Shown: positions 26,991-36,183 of the stretch, piece after piece
How the letters are laid out: each line of letters starts with the position of its first letter
Numbering within the stretch: position 1 is the stretch's first letter
From: Verrucomicrobiia bacterium
GTDB lineage: Bacteria > Verrucomicrobiota > Verrucomicrobiia > Limisphaerales > UBA11358
Reading direction: 5' to 3'
Assembly: GCA_035577265.1 (NCBI GenBank)
Contig: DATLVR010000119.1
Span: 4,353 to 68,352 of the forward strand
DNA length: 64,000 nt
The notes under the pieces: generated by a model
What the model saw: the letters and a program-made list of their open reading frames with translations, nothing else
What the model was told of the DNA's origin: nothing
Database searches by the model: none
Position numbers and translations under genes: made by a program

Positions 26991-27743
26991 TCAACTGCTC
27001 AACAGCGATCGCAGGTGCCGCAACTCTGCGTCCAATTCTTCGGGTGAGGAAACCGTCTTCAACACTTCCAGCCGCAACTGTTCGCGAAAACGGTTCCGCA
27101 AACGATGCACCGCCACCTTGAGCGCGTTTTCCTCGACTTTCAATCGCGCCGCCACTTCCGCATAAGTGCCAGGATTCCCATCGCCCCACACGAAGGACTT
27201 GAATTGGGCGAACTCGGCATCACACCCGGCCTGCGCATACTCCACGCCCAATTGATTCAACACGTTTTCCAACAGTATCCCGGCCCAACGTTTCTCGTAA
27301 ATCCGGTCGGGCGTCAGATTTTCCGCTGGCTCATGGCGGTAGCGTTCTTCGGGATCATAGTCGTCCCAACTGATGATCCGTTGTCCCCCGCCGCGTTTTT
27401 GGGTGCGGAGCTTCTCCCATTCATCGGCGAGGAAATGTTTCAGCGAGGTCAGGAGAAAAGAACGAAACCGGCCCCGCTCCGGGTCGGCGCGTTCCAGATA
27501 TTTGCGTTCGAGAAAGCGGGCGAAGAACTGCTGGGTCAAATCCTGCGCGTCCTCCGGCCCCCAGCCCAGCCGCCGCACATGAATGTAGAGCGGATACCAA
27601 TAGGCACGGCACAAGGTTGCGAGGGCTTCCGTCGCCTGGGGCGAGTCGTTCTCGCCCGCCTGAAGCACGAGACTCCAGTGAGTGGTGTCGAACACCGCCA
27701 CCCGACTCCCGTTTTCCGGCTCCGCAGGTTTATCCCTGGCCAT
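26991..27743 (-). CDS. ECF-type RNA polymerase sigma-70 family factor
   Basis: THWSLVLQAG is present. Region 2 reads EDAQDLTQQFFARFLE. Region 4 reads TYAEVAARLKVEENALKVAVHRLRNRFRE. The start was chosen at MARDKP (27743). Confidence 0.85.
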   Translation of the reverse strand: MARDKPAEPENGSRVAVFDTTHWSLVLQAGENDSPQATEALATLCRAYWYPLYIHVRRLGWGPEDAQDLTQQFFARFLERKYLERADPERGRFRSFLLTSLKHFLADEWEKLRTQKRGGGQRIISWDDYDPEERYRHEPAENLTPDRIYEKRWAGILLENVLNQLGVEYAQAGCDAEFAQFKSFVWGDGNPGTYAEVAARLKVEENALKVAVHRLRNRFREQLRLEVLKTVSSPEELDAELRHLRSLLSS

Positions 27744-27907
27744 AAATTGCGCTTCGGTTCGTGTATTAAATAGATTATTGTACATATTTGGAAATCTAAT
27801 TCGCGCTGGAATAGAAACCAAGGCTGTCTGGCTCAGAGGGAAATGCCACGGTTGGCTCCACCATTTTCAATGCATCGAGTCTTGCATCGATGAGATTCGA
27901 GCCGCTT

Positions 27908-27968
27908 AGGCTCCACCATTCTAAACCGCCCGCCAATGTTGATTCAGTTCAATGTTGGCGGGATTTTG
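27908..27968. repeat. Direct repeat copy A (tRNA-Ala-like acceptor end + about 47 nt downstream)
   Basis: Copy A reads AGGCTCCACCATTCTAAACCGCCCGCCAATGTTGATTCAGTTCAATGTTGGCGGGATTTTG. It is nearly identical to 36939..36998 (1 indel and a few mismatches). A degenerate T-arm-like sequence lies just upstream. A further short copy, GGCTCCACCATT, lies at 27854..27865. Confidence 0.85.
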
Positions 27969-28289
27969 ATTAATTGGGACAGCCGCAGCTGGACTTTCGG
28001 GCCGAGTCTTTCGCTGCCGATTTTCACGGGCGGACGCAACCGGGCGAATTACAAATTCGCGCAGGCGGCCTTTCAAGAATCCACCGCGCTATATCGCCAG
28101 CAGGTGCTGGTGGCCTTTGGGGAAGTGGAGAATAGCCTTTCGGGGATTTATCATTTCGCCGTCCAAGCCGAGGCCACGCAACGCGCCGTCACCAGCGCCC
28201 GCCGCGCCACCGAACTGGCCACCGACCGCTATCCAGGAACTTGTGGCGGGTGTCGCACCTGTCAAAAATCCACTGGCGAGCGTAAATAA
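27936..28289 (+). pseudogene. C-terminal fragment of an outer-membrane efflux factor (TolC/NodT family) gene
   Basis: The translation NVGGILINWDSRSWTFGPSLSLPIFTGGRNRANYKFAQAAFQESTALYRQQVLVAFGEVENSL...ATELATDRY is the typical second repeat of OMF proteins. The N-terminal roughly 350 aa are absent, and the last about 40 aa diverge. Confidence 0.7.
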
Positions 28290-28515
28290 AGATGAAGGCC
28301 GTTAAAATAACCGGGTGCTTTTTATGAGCGGGTGCTCGATTTGAACAGCTCAATTCTGGTTTATTTTGACTTTTCATCCGCTGAAAAATGAGAGTAAATG
28401 AAATTGCGGATCATCATTTCATACCGTAAATATTCTTCCGAAGGGATGGATATGGGTTACCGAACGGTCGCGGGTGATGATATGACTAACTGTCTGCAAC
28501 ATATTAGGAGAGTCT

Positions 28516-29511
28516 GTGAATGAGACGATCGAATTTTTGGTTCGCCATGGTGCCATGGTCCTGTTCGCGGTGGTTTTTGTCGAACAGGTGGGGGTTCCCC
28601 TGCCTGCGGCTCCGTGGTTGCTCGCCGCAGGTGCTTCGGTCGGTTCAGGCAAAATGAATTGGGCGGTGGCGCTCTGCGCCGCCACGGTTGGCTCGTTGTT
28701 GGCCGATTTGATCTGGTTTTATCTGGGCCGCTACCGGGGCCAACAGGTCTTAAGCCTGCTCTGCCGCATCTCATTGGAACCGGACTCGTGCGTTCGCCGA
28801 ACCCAGAACCTTTATACGCGATACAAGATGCGAGGAGTTGTGTTGGCGAAATTTATCCCTGGCTTGAGCACGCTGGCGCCGCCGCTGGCCGGTAATTCCG
28901 GTGCAAGCACTTTGCGGTTCCTTTTCTTTGATGGCTTGGGTTCGTTGCTTTACGGGGGAAGTTTTATCGTTTTGGGAGTTTTATTCAGCCACCAATTGGA
29001 GCAGATCATCAATGCGCTTGCCGGTCTGGGGCATGGTGCGCTTGGTGTCGTTGTTGGATTGGCTGCACTTTACGTCGGCTACAAGTATTTTCAGCGACAA
29101 CGCTTGTTGAGCGAGTTGCGAATGGCAAAGATCACCGTGGATGAACTGCATCAAAAACAGGAGGCTGGTGAAACCCCCATTATTCTGGATCTTCGCTCTC
29201 AGATCGAACTTGAGCAGGACTCTTCACTCATTCGCGGCGCATTTCACATGACCATGGATGAGGTGCAGCTCCGTCATGAGGAGATTCCCCGCGACCGGGA
29301 TATCATTCTCTATTGTTCCTGCCCGAACGAAGTGAGCAGTGCGCGCGTCGCCTTGCAACTCCACCGTAAAGGCATTTTGAGAGTCCGGCCTTTGTTGGGG
29401 GGAATCGATGCCTGGCGGGAACGTAATTACCCGACGGAACCTCGCAGCGAGAAGCGGGCCTTCGATGTTGGCCTGGAAAGCAAGGGGCCTCCCCTGTCGG
29501 AAAATAGTTGA
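28516..29511 (+). CDS. DedA-family membrane protein fused to a C-terminal rhodanese domain
   Basis: The gene has a GTG start. The DedA part reads LVRHGAMVLFAVVFVEQVGVPLPAAPWLLAAG...LADLIWFYLGRYRG. The rhodanese part reads IILDLRS...IILYCSCPNEVSSARVALQL...GGIDAWR (active-site CSCPNE loop). Confidence 0.8.
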   Translation: MNETIEFLVRHGAMVLFAVVFVEQVGVPLPAAPWLLAAGASVGSGKMNWAVALCAATVGSLLADLIWFYLGRYRGQQVLSLLCRISLEPDSCVRRTQNLYTRYKMRGVVLAKFIPGLSTLAPPLAGNSGASTLRFLFFDGLGSLLYGGSFIVLGVLFSHQLEQIINALAGLGHGALGVVVGLAALYVGYKYFQRQRLLSELRMAKITVDELHQKQEAGETPIILDLRSQIELEQDSSLIRGAFHMTMDEVQLRHEEIPRDRDIILYCSCPNEVSSARVALQLHRKGILRVRPLLGGIDAWRERNYPTEPRSEKRAFDVGLESKGPPLSENS

Positions 29512-29559
29512 GATAAACGGCAGCTTTGAAATAGTGTCATCAGATGGAGTAAAATATCT

Positions 29560-30186
29560 ATGAAAACAAAATCCCTTGAAAAATCGAAGCGTCCGACTTT
29601 TGTCATTCGCGTTCACCTGACGGACGGTTCGGTGGAATCCTTCGCGCAAACGGACGCGATTGAGGCGCAAAAGCTCTGGGACAAAATCGAGCCATCACGT
29701 TTGTTCGCCGCATCGCGGCTGGTTATCGCAGGTGAATATTCCAAGTCGGTCTTCGTCACCGCCCACATTCTGCGGGTGGATTTCATCCAGGAAACCAACG
29801 AGTGCTGGCAGTTTCCCGGCGGTTTCTCGGATGTGGTGGAGCTGTCGGAAGAGGATTTCAGAAAGAACGCGCATTTGGATGAACCGGAACTCATGGCAGC
29901 GCGGGAGCAGCCCACGCCGGTCGGTGACCTCCTCGTATCGTTTCTCAAGCTGCAGATCACCGGAGCCAGGCCGCTCTATTTGATGATTGAATTTCCGGTG
30001 AAGCTGCCGGCCGAGAATCAGTCATTCATGCAATTCATGCTGTCGAAGAGTGGATTGCATATGCGGTTGTGCGGCGGTGGCATCGGCGTAATCAACCTCG
30101 CGCATCTCGCGGGTTACACCGTTTATCCCGGTGTGGCGCAAGTTCCCGCCGACAGCTGGGTTGCCGAACCACTACCTGAGAACTGA
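29560..30186 (+). CDS. Hypothetical protein (no domain recognised)
   Basis: This is a 208-aa ORF in the same orientation, 48 nt after the DedA gene and 11 nt before the next gene. Its codon usage resembles its neighbours. No motif was recognised. Confidence 0.5.
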   Translation: MKTKSLEKSKRPTFVIRVHLTDGSVESFAQTDAIEAQKLWDKIEPSRLFAASRLVIAGEYSKSVFVTAHILRVDFIQETNECWQFPGGFSDVVELSEEDFRKNAHLDEPELMAAREQPTPVGDLLVSFLKLQITGARPLYLMIEFPVKLPAENQSFMQFMLSKSGLHMRLCGGGIGVINLAHLAGYTVYPGVAQVPADSWVAEPLPEN

Positions 30187-30197
30187 CGCACACCGTT

Positions 30198-31859
30198 ATG
30201 GCCAAACCTGTGATCTGGACAGTGGATGATGACCCGGACGTATTACGGGCTGTTGAGCGCGATTTGCGCCATCAATATGGTGATCGTTACAAAGTCATCT
30301 CCGCCGATTCCGGCGCGTCCGCGCTTGAATCGGTGAAGCGATTGAAATTGCGCAATGAACCCGTGGCGCTGTTTCTCGTAGATCAGCGAATGCCGCGCAT
30401 GTCTGGCGTGGAGTTCCTGGAAAAGGCGATCGAGTTTTACCCGGATGCCAAACGCGCGTTGTTGACGGCTTATGCGGACACCGACGCCGCTATTCGCGCC
30501 ATCAACAGCGTGCAGATCGATCATTACTTGATGAAGCCTTGGGATCCTCCGGAAGAACGACTCTTTGGCGTGGTGGATGATCTGCTCGATGATTGGCAGG
30601 CGTCTTATCGTCCGGTGTTTGAAGGCGTGCGCGTGATCGGCCATCGCTGGTCGCCCCAGTCCAATGAGATCCGTGACTTTTTGGGGCGCAACTTTGTGCC
30701 GCATCAATGGCTCAACATCGAGACGGATGAAAGCGCCAAACAGCTTCTCGCCACCACTGGCAGCGCCGCCGCGTTATTGCCAGTGGTTGTCTTTCCAGAC
30801 GGATCCTTTCTGGTGAATCCTTCCACTGCTGAAATCGCCCGGAAACTCGGATTGAAGACCAAGGCGGAATGTCCCTTCTACGATTTGGTGGTCGTCGGCG
30901 CCGGCCCGGCCGGTCTGGCCGCGGCAGTTTACGGAGGCGCCGATGGCCTGCATACGTTGTTGATTGAACGGGAGGCTCCCGGCGGGCAGGCGGGCCGGAG
31001 CTCGCGTATCGAAAACTACCTGGGCTTTCCCGCGGGACTCAGTGGTTCGGATCTCGCCCGGCGCGCGGTTGCGCAGGTGCACCGTTTTGGCGTGGAAATC
31101 CTCGCGCCGCAGGAAGCCACCGGCGTCCGGATCGAAGGCTCAACCCGTGTGCTGACGCTATCAGACGGGTCGGAGATTGGCTGCCGCGCACTGCTGATCG
31201 CCAGCGGCATTGCCTTCCGAAAACTGAATGTGCCTGGATTGGATAAACTGAATGGCGCCGGGGTTTATTACTATGCACCCATGTCCGAGGCGTTCTCATA
31301 TAAGGACGGGGACATCTATATCGTCGGCGGCGCCAATTCAGCGGGCCAGGCTGCGATGTATTTTTCCAAATTCGCCCGCCAGGTCACGATGCTGGTGCGT
31401 GGCGATTCCTTGTCGGACACCATGTCGCAGTATCTCGAAAATCAGATTGCCGCGACAAAAAACATCACCGTGCGGATCAACGCCAGTGTCATCGCGGTGG
31501 AAGGCGTGGACCGTTGCGAGAAAATAACCATTCAAAACAACCAGACCCGGGAACAGGAAATCGTGTCCGCCAGTGCGCTGCTGATTTACGCGGGGGCGAT
31601 TCCCCGCACCGACTGGCTCGCAGGAATCGTGGAACGCGATGCGCAGGGCTACCTGATCACCGGCCAGCATCTGATGCGCGAGGGGCGACGTCCGAAGGGA
31701 TGGCCGGCGGATCGTGATCCGCTCTATCTTGAAAGCAGCGTTCCCGGAATTTTTGTTGCCGGCGATGTTCGCCATCGGTCCGCCAAAGGCGTCACGTCCG
31801 GCGTCGGCGAAGGAGCGATGGCCGTGAAGCTGGTTCATGAATATCTTGGCCTTTTATGA
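30198..31859 (+). CDS. Fused response-regulator receiver / thioredoxin-reductase-like flavoprotein lacking the CxxC redox centre
   Basis: The receiver domain reads VIWTVDDDPDVLRAV...LFLVDQRMPRMSG...LLTAYAD. FAD motifs read YDLVVVGAGPAGLAAAVYG and FVAGDVRH. The second dinucleotide motif reads YIVGGANSAGQAAMYF. The CATCDG position reads YYYAPMSEAF. Confidence 0.85.
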   Translation: MAKPVIWTVDDDPDVLRAVERDLRHQYGDRYKVISADSGASALESVKRLKLRNEPVALFLVDQRMPRMSGVEFLEKAIEFYPDAKRALLTAYADTDAAIRAINSVQIDHYLMKPWDPPEERLFGVVDDLLDDWQASYRPVFEGVRVIGHRWSPQSNEIRDFLGRNFVPHQWLNIETDESAKQLLATTGSAAALLPVVVFPDGSFLVNPSTAEIARKLGLKTKAECPFYDLVVVGAGPAGLAAAVYGGADGLHTLLIEREAPGGQAGRSSRIENYLGFPAGLSGSDLARRAVAQVHRFGVEILAPQEATGVRIEGSTRVLTLSDGSEIGCRALLIASGIAFRKLNVPGLDKLNGAGVYYYAPMSEAFSYKDGDIYIVGGANSAGQAAMYFSKFARQVTMLVRGDSLSDTMSQYLENQIAATKNITVRINASVIAVEGVDRCEKITIQNNQTREQEIVSASALLIYAGAIPRTDWLAGIVERDAQGYLITGQHLMREGRRPKGWPADRDPLYLESSVPGIFVAGDVRHRSAKGVTSGVGEGAMAVKLVHEYLGLL

Positions 31860-33265
31860 TTACAGATCCGGCCACGCTCCAGCAGGTCCGTTCCACTCCG
31901 CTCTTCTCGGAGTTGGACAGCACGCACCTCAGCTGCATCGAGCCGGGCGACATCATCAACCTGGCCAACGGGACCGTTTTGATTTCCGAAGGTGAACGAT
32001 CCCCGTTTTTCTTTGTGGTTCTCGAAGGCGAAATTCGTCTCTCGCGGACCTATGACCGTCAGACGGTTCTGATGGGCGTCATCAAGTCTGGTGAATACAC
32101 CGGGGAAATCACGCTTCTGCTGGACATTGCCTGGATGGCGACGGCGCGGGTGGGAAAACCAGCCAAGTTGTTCCGGCTCGGCCAGGAGGATTTCTGGCAC
32201 ATGATGGGCACCTGCCGCTCCGTCGCCCGGAAAATTTTTTATAGTGCGGCGAACAAGGTGCGCAACCTGGAAGGCTATTCGCTGCAACGGGAAAAGCTCA
32301 CCTCGCTTGGCACCATGGCGGCGGGCCTGGCGCACGAACTCAATAATCCGGCGGCGGCGGCACGCCGGGCGGCCGCACATCTGCAGGAAACCACCGACAA
32401 AATCCAGACGCTCCTTTGTCAACTGACGCGAACGCTCGAACACGAACAGATGCGGCATATGGTGACTGCGTCACAGGATGCTTTGGAGCGTTTGAAGCTG
32501 GCGCCAGCACTTGACCACCTTGAACGCAGCGATCGCGCAGATGCCATTGCCATCTGGCTCGAAACCCATGGCGTGGCGGCGGCCTGGGAAATCGCTCCGG
32601 TCTTCGTCAACGCCGGCGTGGACATCGCCTGGCTCGAGGAATTCGCGGGCAAGCTTCCGCCAGCAAACCATCCGGAGGCCCTGGGCTGGCTGGAGGCCCG
32701 CTTAAGCTTGAAATCGCTGATTGGCCAGGTCGAGCAAAGTGCCGGACGGATTTCGGAACTGGTCAAGGCGGTCAAATCCTATTCCCGCATGGATCAGTCT
32801 GCGATGCAAGAGGTGGACATTCATGATGGCTTGGAGAGCACGTTGACCATGTTGGGCCACAAATTGAAAAGCATCACGCTCATTCGGGCGTATGATCGAT
32901 CCGTGCCGCGCATCATGGCTTACGGCAGCGAACTCAACCAAGTCTGGACCAATCTGATTGATAACGCGATTTATGCCGTTAATGGCACCGGCAAAATTTG
33001 CATTGGAACCTGCCTGGAGGATAATCAATTGGTTGTCGAAATTGTGGACAACGGTGCCGGCATTCCCCCGGAGATCCAGCCGCATCTGTTCGAGCCGTTT
33101 TTTACGACCAAGCCGGTGGGCACCGGCACCGGCCTGGGCCTGATCATCAGCAATCGCATCGTGGCCGATCGTCATGGCGGCGAAATCGAATTTGAATCCA
33201 AGCCGGGCGAGACCCGATTCAAAGTCCGTCTGCATCTGGCTCATCCCGCAGACCCTGTGAAATGA
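31856..33265 (+). CDS. Cyclic-nucleotide-binding-domain histidine kinase
   Basis: The ATG overlaps the upstream stop (ATGA). The cNMP-like beta-barrel reads LFSELD...ISEGERSPFFFVVLEGEIRL...GEYTGEITLL. The H-box reads LGTMAAGLAHELNNP. The N and G boxes read NLIDNAIYA, DNGAGIP and GTGLGL. Confidence 0.85.
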   Translation: MITDPATLQQVRSTPLFSELDSTHLSCIEPGDIINLANGTVLISEGERSPFFFVVLEGEIRLSRTYDRQTVLMGVIKSGEYTGEITLLLDIAWMATARVGKPAKLFRLGQEDFWHMMGTCRSVARKIFYSAANKVRNLEGYSLQREKLTSLGTMAAGLAHELNNPAAAARRAAAHLQETTDKIQTLLCQLTRTLEHEQMRHMVTASQDALERLKLAPALDHLERSDRADAIAIWLETHGVAAAWEIAPVFVNAGVDIAWLEEFAGKLPPANHPEALGWLEARLSLKSLIGQVEQSAGRISELVKAVKSYSRMDQSAMQEVDIHDGLESTLTMLGHKLKSITLIRAYDRSVPRIMAYGSELNQVWTNLIDNAIYAVNGTGKICIGTCLEDNQLVVEIVDNGAGIPPEIQPHLFEPFFTTKPVGTGTGLGLIISNRIVADRHGGEIEFESKPGETRFKVRLHLAHPADPVK

Positions 33266-34404
33266 ATAGTGCTGCCACAACGGATTTGGAAACCGACGTG
33301 CATTGGATGCCGGATGGTTCCGCCCGGGTCGTGCTTCGTGGCTGGCTGACCACACAGACCACCGTGGATTGCTGGCATCAACTGGAGCGCGACTTGCGGG
33401 GCGCAAAAATTACCACTCTCGAAGTGGATGCGAGCGGTCTGCAATTATGCGGCGGTGCGGGCCTTGCCTTGCTCCGCTACCTTAACATGGGGAAGATGAC
33501 GCCGCAGGCCAGCGTTTCGGTGACCGGCCTGGGGACAGAGCTGGACCAGATGTTTCGCGGATTCACGGCGGAAGACTACGAAGCTTTTCGTCCATCAGTG
33601 AAGCTCAAATGCCAATCGTTGCCCGCAGAGACGGGAGCCGCCGTCAGACAAACCGCCGCCGATTTACGCGAGGTGGTGGCGTTCATCGGCGAAATCGTGG
33701 GCAAGCTGCCAACAACCATTTGGAACCGTAAACGTATGCGCTGGCCGGAAGTGCGCCGGGTGTTTGAGCTGGCCGGCGCAAATGCGGTGCCCATCACTTC
33801 GCTGATCAGTGTGCTGGTCGGACTGATCATCGCCTTCGAGGCGGCCGAGCAATTGGCCAAATTTGGCGCCCAAATCTACGTGTCCAACATGATCGGACTG
33901 GTGATGGTGCGGGAACTCGGACCGTTGCTTGCGGCCATCATGCTGGCGGGCCGTTCCGGGTCGGCGTTTGCGGCGGAAATTGGAACGATGAAGGTGAATG
34001 AGGAATTAAACGCACTGGAAACGTTCGGCCTCGATCCGGTCCGGTTCCTGGTTATCCAACGCATCACCGCCGGGATTATGCTGACACCACTGCTGACATT
34101 TTATGCCACTTTGATGGGACTCTTGGGCGGGATAATGGTCACGCTTGGCCTCGGCTTTCCGCTTTCGCTGATCATCAGCCAATTGGCGTCCACCGTTCAT
34201 CTGAGTGATGTCGCCCTGGGCATTGTCAAGGGCGTGGTCTTTGGTGCGATTGTCTCCGGAGTCGGTTGTTTGCGTGGCCTGCAAACGCAGCAGGGACCGA
34301 GTGCCGTCGGCGTTTCCACCACGCGCGCGGTCGTGACCAGCATCCTGTTGATCGTCATCGCCGACGCCGTTTTCTCAATCCTCTTCTATGCCCTGAAGTC
34401 ATGA
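33262..34404 (+). CDS. mlaE: MlaE-family ABC permease with N-terminal STAS-like domain
   Basis: There is an ATGA overlap with the kinase gene. The N-terminal about 100 aa are STAS-like (VVLRGWLTTQTTVDCW...TLEVDASGLQLCGGAGLALL). The permease core reads LVGLIIAFEAAEQLAKFGAQIYVSNMIGLVMVRELGPLLAAIMLAGRSGSAFAAEIGTMKVNEELNALETFGLDP. Confidence 0.85.
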   Translation: MNSAATTDLETDVHWMPDGSARVVLRGWLTTQTTVDCWHQLERDLRGAKITTLEVDASGLQLCGGAGLALLRYLNMGKMTPQASVSVTGLGTELDQMFRGFTAEDYEAFRPSVKLKCQSLPAETGAAVRQTAADLREVVAFIGEIVGKLPTTIWNRKRMRWPEVRRVFELAGANAVPITSLISVLVGLIIAFEAAEQLAKFGAQIYVSNMIGLVMVRELGPLLAAIMLAGRSGSAFAAEIGTMKVNEELNALETFGLDPVRFLVIQRITAGIMLTPLLTFYATLMGLLGGIMVTLGLGFPLSLIISQLASTVHLSDVALGIVKGVVFGAIVSGVGCLRGLQTQQGPSAVGVSTTRAVVTSILLIVIADAVFSILFYALKS

Positions 34405-35183
34405 GCCAGGAAACTGACATCATCATCTCGGTGCGTGGCCTCAAAATCGGCTACGGTGAGAGTGTCATTCTCAAGGATATCAATTTCGAGGTCCGGCGCG
34501 GCGAAGTGTTCGTGATTCTCGGCGGTTCGGGCTCCGGGAAAAGCACCTTGCTGAAAACGCTCATCAGTCTGTATGCCCCGCTTGAAGGGGAGGTCTTGAT
34601 TTCTGGTCATAATCTGGTGACGGCTGATGACGACGAACGCATGGTGCTGCTCCGAAAAATCGGCGTTCTCTATCAAGGCGGCGCGTTGTTTGGTTCCATG
34701 ACGTTGCTGGAGAATGTGCGGCTGCCGCTGGATGAATTGACGGGGCTGCCTGAACCATTGAAAGAGTTAATTGCCCTCTCCCGGTTGAAACTGGTTGGTC
34801 TTGGTGATGCCGCGCAAAAGATGCCGGCAGAACTGAGCGGCGGCATGCAAAAGCGGGCGGGCATCGCCCGCGCCATGGCGCTGGATCCACAAATCCTTTT
34901 CCTCGACGAACCTTCCGCCGGACTGGATCCAGTGACCTCCGCCGGACTGGATCAATTGATCATTGATCTGGCACATCATTTCGGAATCACCTTTGTTATC
35001 GTCACCCACGAACTCGCCAGCATTTACAATATCGCCAACCGCTGCATCATGCTCGATGGCCGGGCGCGAACGATTATCGCCGAAGGCAAGCCGGCCGAAC
35101 TTCGAGCCCAAGCTTCCGACCCGTGGGTGCGCCAGTTTTTTAACCGCGAGCCGGACGCGATACACGCGGCCCATCCAAACTGA
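34401..35183 (+). CDS. mlaF: MlaF-type ABC transporter ATP-binding protein
   Basis: There is an ATGA overlap with the permease gene. Walker A reads GGSGSGKST, the signature reads LSGGMQKRAGIARA, and Walker B reads ILFLDEPSAGLD. Confidence 0.9.
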   Translation: MSQETDIIISVRGLKIGYGESVILKDINFEVRRGEVFVILGGSGSGKSTLLKTLISLYAPLEGEVLISGHNLVTADDDERMVLLRKIGVLYQGGALFGSMTLLENVRLPLDELTGLPEPLKELIALSRLKLVGLGDAAQKMPAELSGGMQKRAGIARAMALDPQILFLDEPSAGLDPVTSAGLDQLIIDLAHHFGITFVIVTHELASIYNIANRCIMLDGRARTIIAEGKPAELRAQASDPWVRQFFNREPDAIHAAHPN

Positions 35184-35188
35184 ATCTC

Positions 35189-36160
35189 ATGAACCAGGCT
35201 ACTAACAACTTTAAACTCGGCCTGTTCACGCTGGTCGGACTGCTTATTTTGATCGTTGGCGTGCTGACCTTTGGAGCGCGCAGTTATCTTAAACCGACCA
35301 CCTTGTTTGAGACTTACGTCGCCGGCAACGTCACCGGGCTGACCGTCGGATCACCCGTTGAACTGCGCGGGGTGCAGGTGGGAAAAGTCACCCACATCGG
35401 TTTCTCCTGGATCGAATATCAACTGACGCAACCGAGCTACATCGTCGTGGAGTTTCAGGTGCAGAATCAAGTGTCGCCGGAACCGCCCGGCGAATTCCAT
35501 TGGAGCCAGCTCAAAATAGAGGTTGAGCGAGGGCTTCGGGCACGACTCAAAAACAAGGATATCACGGGAACCACCATCTTATCACTCGAATATCTCGACC
35601 CGACCAATAATCCACCGGTGCAAGTTCCCTGGACTCCAAGGAATATTTACATCCCGGCGGCGCCGGGTCAATTCGTGGAAATCCTCGATTCCATCGAAAA
35701 GTCTCTGCGGAATGTTGCGCAAATCGATTTCGGGGACATAAACCGGCTGGTGCAGGATGATTTAAAATCGGCGGGACGCGTATTGGACAAGGTAGCTCAG
35801 GTGGATCTTCAAGGGTTGAGCACAAATGCCAACGCTTTGCTGGCCGAGTTGCGGGACAGCAACACCAAACTGCAATCGATCATAAAAAACACGGACGAAA
35901 CGGTTCAGAAAATCCACCTGGAGAAATTGGCCGCGGATGTGGACGGGCTCGTCAACCAGTTGCAGGCGACGGTTACCGCACTTCAGCCTGGTCTGGCGAA
36001 TATTGATTTTGCGTCAGTGAATCAGACACTGGCCAACGCCCGTCGCGTCTTGCGTGATATGGATGACGTTTTGACCGAGTTGAAACGGTATCCGTCGGGA
36101 TTCATTTTCGGAGAACCGCCACCGCCGGTAAAAGCACTGCAAACGCCCGCTAATAAATAG
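35189..36160 (+). CDS. mlaD: MlaD/MCE-domain substrate-binding protein
   Basis: There is an N-terminal TM helix. The MCE core reads FETYVAGNVTGLTVGSPVELRGVQVGKVTHI. The C-terminus is long and helical. Confidence 0.85.
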   Translation: MNQATNNFKLGLFTLVGLLILIVGVLTFGARSYLKPTTLFETYVAGNVTGLTVGSPVELRGVQVGKVTHIGFSWIEYQLTQPSYIVVEFQVQNQVSPEPPGEFHWSQLKIEVERGLRARLKNKDITGTTILSLEYLDPTNNPPVQVPWTPRNIYIPAAPGQFVEILDSIEKSLRNVAQIDFGDINRLVQDDLKSAGRVLDKVAQVDLQGLSTNANALLAELRDSNTKLQSIIKNTDETVQKIHLEKLAADVDGLVNQLQATVTALQPGLANIDFASVNQTLANARRVLRDMDDVLTELKRYPSGFIFGEPPPPVKALQTPANK

Positions 36161-36183
36161 AAATTTCTTGAACAAACCGAATC

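Noticed and set aside
27820-27917. The tmRNA (ssrA) hypothesis arises from the GGCTCCACCA ends at 27854-27863, 27909-27917 and 36940-36949, and from a 5'-like GGCTGTCTGGCTCAGAGGGA at 27822.
   Set aside because: There is no room for a tmRNA body of about 350 nt; at 36.9 kb a well-supported CDS ends 41 nt upstream. No tag-peptide reading frame or pseudoknot region could be identified. The 36.9-kb copy folds as an ordinary tRNA-Ala anticodon arm plus T-arm instead.
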